Virus record (IMG/VR): IMGVR_UViG_3300036770_008729
Span: 186,001 to 250,000 of that record
Strand: one strand, 5' to 3'
DNA: 64,000 bases
The notes beneath the pieces were generated by a model. That model was not told where the DNA came from, did no database searches, and saw only the letters and a program-made list of their open reading frames with translations. Positions 11,029-21,163 of this stretch are shown piece after piece (position 1 is the stretch's first letter; the number at the start of each line of letters is the position of its first letter). A program made the translations under genes and the position numbers.

Positions 11029-12111
11029 GTGAAAAAAATAGAACAAAATACAACTAAAAATTTAAATATTAACATCAATAAAGATGATAATACAATCAAT
11101 GACTTTCTTTATTGTTGGAATCATTTTTCTACAAGACCAAACAGACTAACAATCTATAACTCTTATTCATCAAGCGATTTCAACGAATACATTTTAAGTA
11201 ATCATATTGAAAAAACAATTCATACTGAAGTTATTCCTGCGGAAGAGATGAGTATAATCAACGATCAGATGTTTGTAAAAATTGAAGAAAATATTTTTAT
11301 TTCTTACATAATTGTTGATAGGAATAATGATAATTCAATTGTAAATGAGGTAACATTTTTTTATAAAACAGACGATGATTACAAAAAAATAATTTCAATT
11401 ATTGAGAAACTTGACAATTTCATAGTTTCTTATCAAGAAGAAAGCTCTTGTTCAATTAATACCTTATCAATATCTCAAAATAGTATAGAAATAGAGCCTC
11501 TGTTGCCTAAAGAATTAGATTATGAAAATATTGATCTTTATTATAACAAAAAAACTTTCTCTAAAATAGATAAACTTATTAAGTCAATTAAAAAATCAAA
11601 AAAAGGACTATCAGTTCTTTATGGAGAAAGAGGAGTTGGTAAAACATCTATAATAAATTATTTATCATCAAAACTTGACAGAATAGTTATTTTCATTCCA
11701 AATAACCTTATTGAACAAACTATAAATAACCCAGAGTTTAGAAAATTTTTGAAAAAACATCACAATCCTATACTAATAATAGATGATTGTGAGATGTTGT
11801 TCAATGAAGTTTTTGCTAAATCAAACATCTTTGTGAACAATCTACTTCAACTAGTTGAGGGTTTTTTATCCGATAGTATAGAAGTTAGCGTGGTTTCAAT
11901 TTTTAATGTAGATGATGAAGATGAGATAGACCATTCATTATTAGATTGCAACACTTTAATAGATGTAATAAGATTCGATCTTCTTTCCGAAGAAGAGTCA
12001 GTTGAATTGTCGAAGCATTTAGAATTTGATAAGAAATATAAGTCAAAAAATAGACTTGTAGATGTCTTAAAAAAGAAAGAAACAAAGAATCAATCTGATA
12101 TAGGATTTTAA
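11029..12111 (+). CDS. AAA+ ATPase
   Basis: Walker A GERGVGKT, Walker B LIIDDCE. Confidence 0.85.
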   Translation: MKKIEQNTTKNLNININKDDNTINDFLYCWNHFSTRPNRLTIYNSYSSSDFNEYILSNHIEKTIHTEVIPAEEMSIINDQMFVKIEENIFISYIIVDRNNDNSIVNEVTFFYKTDDDYKKIISIIEKLDNFIVSYQEESSCSINTLSISQNSIEIEPLLPKELDYENIDLYYNKKTFSKIDKLIKSIKKSKKGLSVLYGERGVGKTSIINYLSSKLDRIVIFIPNNLIEQTINNPEFRKFLKKHHNPILIIDDCEMLFNEVFAKSNIFVNNLLQLVEGFLSDSIEVSVVSIFNVDDEDEIDHSLLDCNTLIDVIRFDLLSEEESVELSKHLEFDKKYKSKNRLVDVLKKKETKNQSDIGF

Positions 12112-12129
12112 AAATTAAATATATAAACT

Positions 12130-12465
12130 ATGATATCCGAACTGAATGACCAAGAAATATTAGACTTTTTAATGACTTCTGATTTTGAAGGAGACTATTC
12201 ACCAGAAGAACTAAAATATCTTTTAGTTAAATGGAGATATTTCTATAGATTATTAAATGGTAAGTTAGAAAGAGCGGTTGATGAAATAGAATTCAATCTT
12301 AAAAAATCGAAAGAGGTTGAAGAATCAAATGACTATAAAACTAAAAATCTTCAACAGGAAGTTATTAAAAAAGATGAAACAATCTACTATTTGAAAAATA
12401 AGAAATTAAATTGGAAGGAAAGGATATCAGGAAAAATTATTCACATTGAAAATGAAAATAAATGA
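12130..12465 (+). CDS. Hypothetical coiled-coil protein
   Basis: ORF track. Confidence 0.7.
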   Translation: MISELNDQEILDFLMTSDFEGDYSPEELKYLLVKWRYFYRLLNGKLERAVDEIEFNLKKSKEVEESNDYKTKNLQQEVIKKDETIYYLKNKKLNWKERISGKIIHIENENK

Positions 12466-13576
12466 ATTCAAGAAACTTGAAGAAAAAATCAATGGTCAAA
12501 ACTTTAACCAGGGATATAAGAATATTAATACTCTTATGTTCGTGCTTTCTATTTTTGGACATTTTGCTTCAATATTCTTAGCATATTTTGCACTATCTAA
12601 AGTCCTTTCAGGTGTAATTGAAAACAACCAAATAGTAGTTTTCATCACATCTGTAATTCTTCTTTCAGGTTTGGAGCTAATAAAAAGAGATATTTTTGAC
12701 AAATTCTCTATACAATATCTTAAAATCAAAGCTTTCACAAAAGATGTTCTACCACTTTTTATATTGAGTTGTGCTATTATAGCAACATCTTTTTATGCAT
12801 CTATTCACGGTGCACAAGAGTTCTCATCTAAAACCGATGTTATTGAAAAAGATAAAAAAGAAGTAATAACAAAGGTAAGCGATTCTTTGACTTCTGTTTA
12901 CAATGTAAAGATTGTAGATATAGAAAATGAAATCAAAGCTATAAAATCTAAAATAGAAACAAAAGATAAAGAACAAACAGAATTAGAAGCAATTCAACCA
13001 CCAACTCGTTCTGCTAAACAACGAATTAAAGATTTAAAAGATGAGAAAACCATATTAAGAACAGATATTACAAAGTTAGAATCTGATGAGGATAAGGTAA
13101 AAGATGAGTTAAGTGTGAAGATTAAGGAACAAGAGACAGAAATTACAACTGAAACTGAAAAGAAAAAAGAAGGCAATGATAGTAATTCTTTGGCATTTGT
13201 TTTAATTTCCACACTAATCGAACTTATCATTTTAGCTGGTGTTTATTTTAATGAATACTATAAATTTAGGTCTTATAGAGAGTTTAGACAGCAAATAGAA
13301 AAAGATCCTAACTATCAGAAGTGGATGCTTTACGATCAAATTTTAGACATCATCTACCCAGAAGATGCTAAGATGAACCAGAAATTACCATCAAATAAGG
13401 TGATTGCTGACATGTGTAAAGTAAATGAGATAATAGTTATGCCAAAAGATATAACAAACTTCTTGAAAGTCACTTCTAATTTAGGTATTATAAAAACATC
13501 TGGATCAACCAGATACATAAACAAGCAAAGAGATTTAGCTTTTGAGATTTTGAAAAAGCACTTTGGTATTCAATGA
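12446..13576 (+). CDS. Membrane protein, 3 TM plus long coiled coil plus TM
   Basis: Hydrophobic segments flanking a charged heptad region. Confidence 0.75.
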   Translation: MKMKINEFKKLEEKINGQNFNQGYKNINTLMFVLSIFGHFASIFLAYFALSKVLSGVIENNQIVVFITSVILLSGLELIKRDIFDKFSIQYLKIKAFTKDVLPLFILSCAIIATSFYASIHGAQEFSSKTDVIEKDKKEVITKVSDSLTSVYNVKIVDIENEIKAIKSKIETKDKEQTELEAIQPPTRSAKQRIKDLKDEKTILRTDITKLESDEDKVKDELSVKIKEQETEITTETEKKKEGNDSNSLAFVLISTLIELIILAGVYFNEYYKFRSYREFRQQIEKDPNYQKWMLYDQILDIIYPEDAKMNQKLPSNKVIADMCKVNEIIVMPKDITNFLKVTSNLGIIKTSGSTRYINKQRDLAFEILKKHFGIQ

Positions 13577-13794
13577 TAGGAGAAGTTCATAGATATTTAG
13601 GAGGTGATTCATTCTTAGATGGTCACTTGGAAGTTGGTAGCTTTTATACTATTGAATCTGTTGGTGAAGTTGATGGTAATGAATTTGTTACATTCAATGA
13701 GACAAAAAGAGCTAGCTACATACACACATTAGAAGCACATTTCAAAAACATTTCTAAAGAAAGAGATTTGAAGTTGACAACTTTATTAGATTAA
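13573..13794 (+). CDS. Small hypothetical protein with C-terminal tag (ERDLKLTTLLD)
   Basis: ORF track; tag motif. Confidence 0.7.
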   Translation: MIGEVHRYLGGDSFLDGHLEVGSFYTIESVGEVDGNEFVTFNETKRASYIHTLEAHFKNISKERDLKLTTLLD

Positions 13795-13804
13795 TATATA
13801 TTAA
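13791..13804. promoter_or_regulatory. TTAATATATATTAA palindromic late-type motif
   Basis: Same motif seen upstream of many genes. Confidence 0.4.
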
Positions 13805-13809
13805 TATTT

Positions 13810-14649
13810 ATGGTTGAAACTCCGTTTAACTACACTGGTTCGAAATATAAACTACTTAATCAGATACTTCCGGAATTTGATTATACTAAATCAAATTTTG
13901 TTGATTTATTTGCGGGAGGTGGTAGTGTTTATACAAATGTTGTCGATAAATATCAAAAAGTTTTAGTAAATGATATTATAGCAGATTTAATCGGAATACA
14001 CGAAAATATTGTTTCTGGTGATGAAATAATTCAAGATACTAAAAGTATATGTCCGGGTAAAAATAATGCACCAGGATTTGCAGAATTGAGAAATTCATAC
14101 AACACTAATCCAACATCGGCTAAACTTTGGGCATTAATGCTATCTTCAACAAATAATATGATGAGGTTCAATCAGAAATTCAAATATAATCAGACTTATG
14201 GCGAAAGAGGTTGGAATTCAAACACAGATACTAAAGTCGATACTTTCAAAAATCATATCAGACAATATAAAGACAGATTGAGGTTCATTTCAAAACCTTT
14301 TTATGAAGTTCCTATTAAATCAAATGTTATGTATTACATCGACCCACCCTATGGGAGAATAAAATCTGTAGATGGTAGCATTGGAAAAAAACAAATCTCA
14401 GAGGCTGGTTATAATGCTTTTTGGAAAGAAGATGATGATAAAAATCTATTCGATTATATCAAACAAATAGATCAAAATGGATCATCATTTATGGTTTCTG
14501 GAGTATTAGAACACGATGATAAGGTCTGTTGGATGTTAGATAAATTAATACAAGATGGTTTTAATGTTCAAGAGTTGAAATTCGATTACAATAAGGTTTC
14601 GAGAAAAGGTGATAAAATCACAAAAGAAGTTATAATAAAAAACTATTAA
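13810..14649 (+). CDS. dam: DNA adenine methyltransferase (D12/Dam-like)
   Basis: PFNYTGSK, DLFAGGGSV, DPPY motifs. Confidence 0.85.
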   Translation: MVETPFNYTGSKYKLLNQILPEFDYTKSNFVDLFAGGGSVYTNVVDKYQKVLVNDIIADLIGIHENIVSGDEIIQDTKSICPGKNNAPGFAELRNSYNTNPTSAKLWALMLSSTNNMMRFNQKFKYNQTYGERGWNSNTDTKVDTFKNHIRQYKDRLRFISKPFYEVPIKSNVMYYIDPPYGRIKSVDGSIGKKQISEAGYNAFWKEDDDKNLFDYIKQIDQNGSSFMVSGVLEHDDKVCWMLDKLIQDGFNVQELKFDYNKVSRKGDKITKEVIIKNY

Positions 14650-15296
14650 ACTATCACACTTCCTGTTCCTAAATAAACCCAATTCGTACCACTAAGACTA
14701 CCTCTCCAAACTCTACTTTGTTGTGATGCTGGTTGTGAGACATCTATTGCATTATAAGGTCCCGCATTTCCAACTGCATTAGATTTTACTCTAGTAACCA
14801 ACCATTGATACTCTTCATCTTTATAAAGTTCAATCAGATATGACTTCGGTGTTGTAGTTGCTTGATAGGTTCCCATAAAAACTACTAACTTTATACTCCA
14901 CCTACTAGGTGATAGAGATGTATCAATTTTATACCAAGCATCTTGTGCATCCCCATCACTCATAACAAGTCCAGGATTTAACCATTGGTCTGATGCATTA
15001 CCAACAAGCGGCTTGACATTAACATCTTGTGGATTACTAAGTATATTACCGAATCCCGATCCAACAGTTACATAACCATTTGTAGAAACAAATAGAGATG
15101 TAGAGGAAACCCCACCAGAAGAGAAGGCAAATGGCATAGTTATTGGAGTTACACTATATCCATCATCAATGGATGTGTAACTTGTTGATAATTTTGTATA
15201 GCTGGCACTACCTGTCCAGTTAAGTAAATTGATTGGGTCGTATCTATATGTTAATTTCTGTCGCGATGCAACTATTGAAAGTGATGATCTTATCAT
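14646..15296 (-). CDS. Hypothetical beta-rich protein, possibly virion or adhesion
   Basis: Ser/Thr/Gly-rich; MIRS N-terminus as in 40699..41547. Confidence 0.65.
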   Translation of the reverse strand: MIRSSLSIVASRQKLTYRYDPINLLNWTGSASYTKLSTSYTSIDDGYSVTPITMPFAFSSGGVSSTSLFVSTNGYVTVGSGFGNILSNPQDVNVKPLVGNASDQWLNPGLVMSDGDAQDAWYKIDTSLSPSRWSIKLVVFMGTYQATTTPKSYLIELYKDEEYQWLVTRVKSNAVGNAGPYNAIDVSQPASQQSRVWRGSLSGTNWVYLGTGSVIV

Positions 15297-15356
15297 AAAC
15301 TATATATTAAAGAAAAGAATATTATTTTAATATATATTTAAAAAAATAAGTATATT

Positions 15357-15572
15357 ATGGATCATTTAGATAAGTATGACCAATTAGTCAAACTTCTTAC
15401 AGAAGAAGTTGAAATTGAAGGAAAAAAGTTTAATCTAAAAGATGACTTTGAAAAGTTCTTCATTAAATCAAATAAAACAGCTGGAACACGTATCAGAAGA
15501 GTTATGCAAGAGTTGAAAAAGATGTCACAGGACATTAGAAAAGATGTTCAGGATTACAAAGGTAAAATCTAA
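15357..15572 (+). CDS. Bacteroidota histone H1-like small protein
   Basis: KSNKTAGTRIRRVMQELKKMSQDIRK resembles the GNKAAGTRARK family motif. Confidence 0.65.
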   Translation: MDHLDKYDQLVKLLTEEVEIEGKKFNLKDDFEKFFIKSNKTAGTRIRRVMQELKKMSQDIRKDVQDYKGKI

Positions 15573-15585
15573 TATAGATTTATAC

Positions 15586-15613
15586 AAAAAAAGTCGGTTT
15601 ATCCGACTTTTTT
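15586..15613. terminator. Intrinsic terminator
   Basis: aaaaaagtcgg-tttat-ccgactttttt. Confidence 0.8.
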
Positions 15614-15664
15614 CATTTTAAACATATTTTTTTAATATATACATCAATAAACAAAGTAAAATAT

Positions 15665-16246
15665 ATGAAGAAGTTCAGTAACATATCAGGCCAAAAGATA
15701 ACAGAAGAACCAAAGCCAGAAGTTAAAAAAATCAACGAACAAGATTTAATTAAACATAAAATTTTAGAGCTTATGGAGCAATTTTTAGTTATCAGAAGCT
15801 ATGGACCTGTTGATAGACATCAAAGAGCTGGTCTAATTCAGATTGCAGGTAAAGAAGTATTCTTAGAAGCTATTATGAATTTATTCAATACGAAATCTCT
15901 TAAAGAACAAACTAAACTTTTAGAAAGTCTTAAATCAGAGATTACTAACTGGGAATTATTAGATAATAAAGTTAATGAGTTTAGTAATAAGATGACTTAT
16001 TATGAGAACAATAATCAAATTTTAATTCAAAAACAAAATGTATTAAAACTTTACAATAAGTATAAAGACGATTCTGATTTTCTATTGAAGATGGTAGACG
16101 AATCTTGTAAAAAAATAAAATCTTCAGATATTGCTGAAGTAAGAGCAATTTCAAGTGAACAACTTTACTTAGAAAGTAAAAATGAGATCTTCAAACTAAT
16201 GGCTAATAAATTTAATACAAGACTAAACCAAATTAAAAATAATTGA
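15665..16246 (+). CDS. Hypothetical protein
   Basis: ORF track; late-type motif upstream. Confidence 0.75.
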   Translation: MKKFSNISGQKITEEPKPEVKKINEQDLIKHKILELMEQFLVIRSYGPVDRHQRAGLIQIAGKEVFLEAIMNLFNTKSLKEQTKLLESLKSEITNWELLDNKVNEFSNKMTYYENNNQILIQKQNVLKLYNKYKDDSDFLLKMVDESCKKIKSSDIAEVRAISSEQLYLESKNEIFKLMANKFNTRLNQIKNN

Positions 16247-16809
16247 TAAAATCCTATATGGATTCTATCAACAAATTTTTAAAAGAAACTTTTATTTTCA
16301 ACCACAACATTTTTTCTGAAATTATATACACGGATAAAAATCCAGCTGTAATTGAATCTTTAGATATTAAAAAGATAGATTCGAATGTTATTCGAATAAA
16401 AAATCAACAACATTATAATCTCAATAGATTTACTTGCAATCATAACGAAATTGATAGTAAGATTAAGCATGAAATGATTTCAGTCATAAAATCTTCAACT
16501 CAGACTTGTATTATTGATTTTTACGCAAAAGGATTTTTCAAGTTATTCAAAAAGAATAAAATAGAAAATATACTTCTTAAGATTAAAGAAACTAATTGGA
16601 TTTGTTGCAATTCTAATCTTAAAAATATATTTTCAAAAATTGAAAATTTAGTAATTTTTGAAGATAATTCATTAGAACATGAAATATTCATAGGTGGATT
16701 TGATTCACTGGGTGTTATAGTCAATAATAATTATAAGATTGAATCAGATAACATAGAATTTGAATTATTGATATATAATAAAAATGTTAGAAGATTACTA
16801 CTTCAATGA
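16243..16809 (+). CDS. Hypothetical protein
   Basis: ORF track, coupled overlap. Confidence 0.65.
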   Translation: MIKSYMDSINKFLKETFIFNHNIFSEIIYTDKNPAVIESLDIKKIDSNVIRIKNQQHYNLNRFTCNHNEIDSKIKHEMISVIKSSTQTCIIDFYAKGFFKLFKKNKIENILLKIKETNWICCNSNLKNIFSKIENLVIFEDNSLEHEIFIGGFDSLGVIVNNNYKIESDNIEFELLIYNKNVRRLLLQ

Positions 16810-17045
16810 TTCAATTCACAGAAAAACAAATTGAACTTCTTTATGTAATGTCAGACCTACAACACCAATGGCTTAGTAAATATAATCCAGAGTCAAATAT
16901 CAGTTATGCTCAAGTTTTGAAGATGAATCATCAAAAAATGACCGACATTTGTGAATCCTGCTTTGATAACTCCGAAGAGATGATAGATTTAATTTTTGAA
17001 TCAATAATAAAAGATTATGAGCAAATGCTAAAAGATTCAGACTAA
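16806..17045 (+). CDS. Hypothetical protein
   Basis: ORF track, coupled overlap. Confidence 0.65.
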   Translation: MIQFTEKQIELLYVMSDLQHQWLSKYNPESNISYAQVLKMNHQKMTDICESCFDNSEEMIDLIFESIIKDYEQMLKDSD

Positions 17046-17076
17046 ACTACTAAAATTTTAAATAATATAATATCTA

Positions 17077-17802
17077 ATGAATGCTGTTTGTCTTTTATGT
17101 AGAAAACCAGATAGAATGTGGTGTGAATTTTTAGATAAATTTAACAATTACAAAGTTTTTATTATAGTTGATGACCAAGAAATTGACTTATCTGATATAA
17201 AAAGAGACTATTCAAATCTGACATTTATTCAAATATCTGATAACGATTGTATCGACAAATGCTACACAAAAATAAATTACTTTGTTAAAAAAGACATAAC
17301 ATCTTGGGAAAGATCTCTGTTATTCTTCACATTCATTGAAAAATCTTTTGACCAAGTTTGGTTTATAGAAGATGATGTATTTTTATATGATGAAAGTGTA
17401 TTAGAAAAAATCGATAAAAAATATCAAAAAGAAGATTTATTAACTAGATTCACACACTTTCCAGAAGAAAAACAAACTAAATGGGGTCCTATAGAAAATC
17501 TAAAAGAGCCAATAAGAAGCGCAATGTGTTGTGTGGTTAGAATGTCAAAAAGAATGCTTTTAGAGATCAATGAGTTTGTTAAAATTGAAAAAAGATTTTG
17601 TTTCTTAGAAATTCTTTTTCCAACACTAGCAACTAATTTAAATTTAGATTATAAAAATCCTGATGAATTTGATAGTGTAAGATTCGACCCAGATAAGTTA
17701 ATAAAGAAAAAAATGACAACCGAATTACTACAAAAAAATCTATTTCATCCGGTAAAAGATATCTATAAGCACAAAATTTATAGAGAAGGCATTCTACACT
17801 AA
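17077..17802 (+). CDS. Putative glycosyltransferase-like protein
   Basis: VFIIVDD and VWFIEDDV acidic motif typical of GT-A folds. Confidence 0.5.
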   Translation: MNAVCLLCRKPDRMWCEFLDKFNNYKVFIIVDDQEIDLSDIKRDYSNLTFIQISDNDCIDKCYTKINYFVKKDITSWERSLLFFTFIEKSFDQVWFIEDDVFLYDESVLEKIDKKYQKEDLLTRFTHFPEEKQTKWGPIENLKEPIRSAMCCVVRMSKRMLLEINEFVKIEKRFCFLEILFPTLATNLNLDYKNPDEFDSVRFDPDKLIKKKMTTELLQKNLFHPVKDIYKHKIYREGILH

Positions 17803-18372
17803 AACTTGATCTAATTTCACATCTCGAATTATGAACTTAAGCGACTCACTTGAATCAAGTAGCGATTGAAATATTTTATTTCTATTAAAAAATCCACTGA
17901 AAAGCTCGAGGTCAGAAGATTGTTTCTCAAAATTACTACAATATCGGATTGAGAGAAATAAATTAGGATGTAATCTTACTATCCATAACTCACCATAACC
18001 ATCGTTACAAGGTATAGTCAAAGAAAATGTTTGTTCAAACTCAGGTCCAAAATTATTTATTGAAGGCTCGAATCCTAATTTTAGGAATAGGTCTTTAACA
18101 TAATTATATCTATCGTATCTACCAATTAACTTAGTCTCTGTGTCATAGTGTGATAATCTACTAGGTAAGTCCGCAAAACCATCTATAGTTCCTATATGAT
18201 AGTATTCTTCTATGATTTCATCTATTTTAGACTCTCTTTCATTTTCTTTATTGGGTCTCAATTTTAAGTTGATGACATTTGACTCCGATTTATCAAAAAT
18301 GAAATAAGTAACATCTTCTTCAGATGCTAACTTTTCACACTCATCTATTAAATATTGAGGTATTTCTTTCAT
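17794..18372 (-). CDS. Hypothetical protein, tag motif internal (ERESKIDEII) and terminal (IRDVKLDQVL)
   Basis: ORF track. Confidence 0.75.
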   Translation of the reverse strand: MKEIPQYLIDECEKLASEEDVTYFIFDKSESNVINLKLRPNKENERESKIDEIIEEYYHIGTIDGFADLPSRLSHYDTETKLIGRYDRYNYVKDLFLKLGFEPSINNFGPEFEQTFSLTIPCNDGYGELWIVRLHPNLFLSIRYCSNFEKQSSDLELFSGFFNRNKIFQSLLDSSESLKFIIRDVKLDQVLV

Positions 18373-18743
18373 GTTAAATTATCTAGATTTTTTCTTCTAC
18401 GGTATATTTGCTTTGACTTTTCAATATCCTCTGCTATAAACGATTCCATATAATTGTTTTGTCGATACATATAATTACCATAATAAAGTAATGTGGCATC
18501 TTCTAAATTCTTCTTAATACAATCATCACATATAGCGAGTATAATTTGGTCTCCGTCATGTTTAGATCCATATCCAGCATCTATTATATGTATAATACCA
18601 TCAGAAACCATAGAACTATTGACATTAAAGGTTTGATCATTAACCACTTCTTTTCTCCAAAGCATATCTTCTTCAGTGAGATTTGATATATCAATTGGGT
18701 CATAAGGTTTGACTTTATCTTGTTTACAACAGATACAATACAT
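18369..18743 (-). CDS. Hypothetical Cys-motif protein (CxxC...CxxC)
   Basis: CICC and CDDC motifs; RRRKNLDNL end. Confidence 0.7.
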   Translation of the reverse strand: MYCICCKQDKVKPYDPIDISNLTEEDMLWRKEVVNDQTFNVNSSMVSDGIIHIIDAGYGSKHDGDQIILAICDDCIKKNLEDATLLYYGNYMYRQNNYMESFIAEDIEKSKQIYRRRKNLDNLT

Positions 18744-18852
18744 TATAGATTAAGTATGTTTTTAATTTTATTCATTCTCTTCACTTTTCTAAAAGACAGA
18801 GTTATCGTAAATGTTGATGGGTAAAGGGAGGAAAAGTCCAAATCTACTATTT

Positions 18853-19284
18853 TCATTTTTTAATTATTTTATTAATTTTTATATCTCTGTTGTATGATGT
18901 GATAAAAGATTCAAAATCCTCTCTATCTGTGAATACCTTCTCTGTTAGTGAATTAATCTTACCTTTGAATATTCTTTTACAAGGATAGTATCCATTACCA
19001 TCTGAATTTTGACCAAATGGATTAGTCGAATCTGGCTCCTTCTGAAATCCTTTCCATATTTCAAATACCTTATTATCCATATCATAAAAATAAGCCCATT
19101 CACAAAATAGAGAATCATTGATAAAATCAATGCTATCTTTTATAACTGAAAATCCAGCCCAATCTCCATTTTTACAAGCTGTCCAAAATTCAACTCCTAA
19201 TCCACTTGGATAAGAATCAGATTGATTGTAATTCGCTTTGTATTCACCATCTTCTATAAATCCGTATAATCCTCTTGTACTCAT
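18853..19284 (-). CDS. Conserved-looking phage protein (MSTRG...SDSYPSGLG) with tag
   Basis: ORF track; NRDIKINKII end. Confidence 0.75.
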   Translation of the reverse strand: MSTRGLYGFIEDGEYKANYNQSDSYPSGLGVEFWTACKNGDWAGFSVIKDSIDFINDSLFCEWAYFYDMDNKVFEIWKGFQKEPDSTNPFGQNSDGNGYYPCKRIFKGKINSLTEKVFTDREDFESFITSYNRDIKINKIIKK

Positions 19285-19499
19285 ATTCCTAATTTATCTA
19301 ATTTTCTATCTCTAACTTTATCTATATTACTTATCCAAAATTCATCACCACAGAATTGTTGTGATGGGTATGTGATTTTTACTGGTTGGTCAAGATTTAC
19401 GCCGGATTTGTGTAATCCACACTCCCACCCACCATATTGGTGTTTTCTATCACTATCGAAGTAGTGACAATTAATACATTTTTTACTTGAATAACTCAT
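19281..19499 (-). CDS. Small Cys-rich protein with tag
   Basis: CINCHYF; VRDRKLDKLGI. Confidence 0.7.
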   Translation of the reverse strand: MSYSSKKCINCHYFDSDRKHQYGGWECGLHKSGVNLDQPVKITYPSQQFCGDEFWISNIDKVRDRKLDKLGI

Positions 19500-19515
19500 C
19501 TAACAAAATATCGAC

Positions 19516-19854
19516 TCATAATCCTAAATCACTCAATTTATTTTCTCTTTCAATTGCCACTTTATTTACCATTTTACAAACTTCTTCATGTCCATTTACC
19601 GCATCATCCCAAGAAGTATATCTTAACATATAACCATCATATTCGCCACCAAAAACCAATGTTTCAAAAAGTATAGGCACACCTTCATCCTTACCATGTT
19701 CCCATCCTAAAAAGACGGTTGAGACTTCTACTTCACCAAAAGATGTTCTATCAACAACTCTTGAAGTTTCACTTTGATACTTTAACCACAATGTGGTATC
19801 GTTACAAGCAACAGGTTTTTTATCTATTAGTATGTAATAACAATCAGTTATCAT
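19516..19854 (-). CDS. Hypothetical phage protein with tag
   Basis: VSTVFLG..H...PILFETLVFGG motif; ERENKLSDLGL. Confidence 0.75.
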   Translation of the reverse strand: MITDCYYILIDKKPVACNDTTLWLKYQSETSRVVDRTSFGEVEVSTVFLGWEHGKDEGVPILFETLVFGGEYDGYMLRYTSWDDAVNGHEEVCKMVNKVAIERENKLSDLGL

Positions 19855-20047
19855 ATTCTACATAAGGATTATCTACACCAAAAAATAAACACCACAACAT
19901 CATAGTTGGTATTATTGACATCAAAATAAAAACTAACCAGTTTTTAGTTCTGTAAGATTCTATCCACTTTTCAATATAAATTTGTATCAGTAAAATTACT
20001 AAAATAAATTGAATTAGTGACAGAAAAGATTTAATTAATTTATTCAT
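19844..20047 (-). CDS. Small 2-TM membrane protein
   Basis: Two hydrophobic segments. Confidence 0.55.
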   Translation of the reverse strand: MNKLIKSFLSLIQFILVILLIQIYIEKWIESYRTKNWLVFILMSIIPTMMLWCLFFGVDNPYVEYDN

Positions 20048-21018
20048 GCTTCAATATTTTTTATATAATCTTTCATCAATTTTATGTAAGCTGAGGTAGA
20101 ATTACTACTATCTACATAGTCAAAATAATTTTCATTTTCCGAAAGTTTGTCAATCGGATTTATATTTATGTAATCTCCTTTATAAAACATTCTCTTCTTC
20201 AGATCATGTGTCACACCAGCCATATGTAATATATTTTTTTTCTCATAAACTCTAATGTTATCTGTTGCCCAAGAAAAATCAAACTCATTGGTTATCTCGG
20301 TCTTATACTCAAATAACCATAGGTTCCAAAGAGTAGACCACATTTCAGCTGTCCAGAATTGAATACCACCACTAATTGGATTTTTATGATGAAATTCCTT
20401 CATAGTTTTATAAAGAGGAGTTGAATCCTCATATATTTTCTTCCATAATGAAGAGGTAGAGTTTTTTATTAAGTATTGACCACCACCAGAACTTTTTTGA
20501 TTGTGTATTAACTTCTCAATAGGTATATTAACTATATTAGTCATTTTAAATAAAAGTTCTCCTTTTTGGAGATGTTGATGGTCTTTTTCATATTGTTCAC
20601 AACAACTTTTTATATAGTCATATCCAATGTAACTAACTGTATCGGATAGGTAAACTTTATTATCATTTAATAATTCAGAAAAATTAGGTAAATTTCTAAA
20701 AACTATATCAGAATCATGAAGAAAAATCAATTTAGAAAATTGAGGATATTCTTCAGTAAATTTCCAAATAAGATAAGGCTTTATACTAGGTATATACGAC
20801 TTATCTTCACGATCATCTACATAAAAATGAATATTTACACCAATATCTCTCAATGATTTTGCATCCTCTGAAGGATCATTTTCAGCAAAAACAGAGAATA
20901 ATATGTGAACTTGTTCAGGACTTATACCTATTTTTAAAAAATTAAAGATATATAACCTACACTGCCAGTGAAAATAAGGAACATCTGGCTGTGCTGTAAC
21001 AAATAAAATATCTTTCAT
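20044..21018 (-). CDS. GT-A fold glycosyltransferase-like protein
   Basis: FLHDSDIVF DxD motif; WTAEMW motif. Confidence 0.65.
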   Translation of the reverse strand: MKDILFVTAQPDVPYFHWQCRLYIFNFLKIGISPEQVHILFSVFAENDPSEDAKSLRDIGVNIHFYVDDREDKSYIPSIKPYLIWKFTEEYPQFSKLIFLHDSDIVFRNLPNFSELLNDNKVYLSDTVSYIGYDYIKSCCEQYEKDHQHLQKGELLFKMTNIVNIPIEKLIHNQKSSGGGQYLIKNSTSSLWKKIYEDSTPLYKTMKEFHHKNPISGGIQFWTAEMWSTLWNLWLFEYKTEITNEFDFSWATDNIRVYEKKNILHMAGVTHDLKKRMFYKGDYININPIDKLSENENYFDYVDSSNSTSAYIKLMKDYIKNIEA

Positions 21019-21163
21019 ATCTAATTATATGAAAAATTACTATTTAGGATTTAAAAGTATATAATACTTTTTTTAATGGCTATTTATTGCGTATATCAGA
21101 ATCTGGCTCACCAATAGATGCAACAACAATCACCAAATCATCAGATCCATCTAAGTCGCAAAA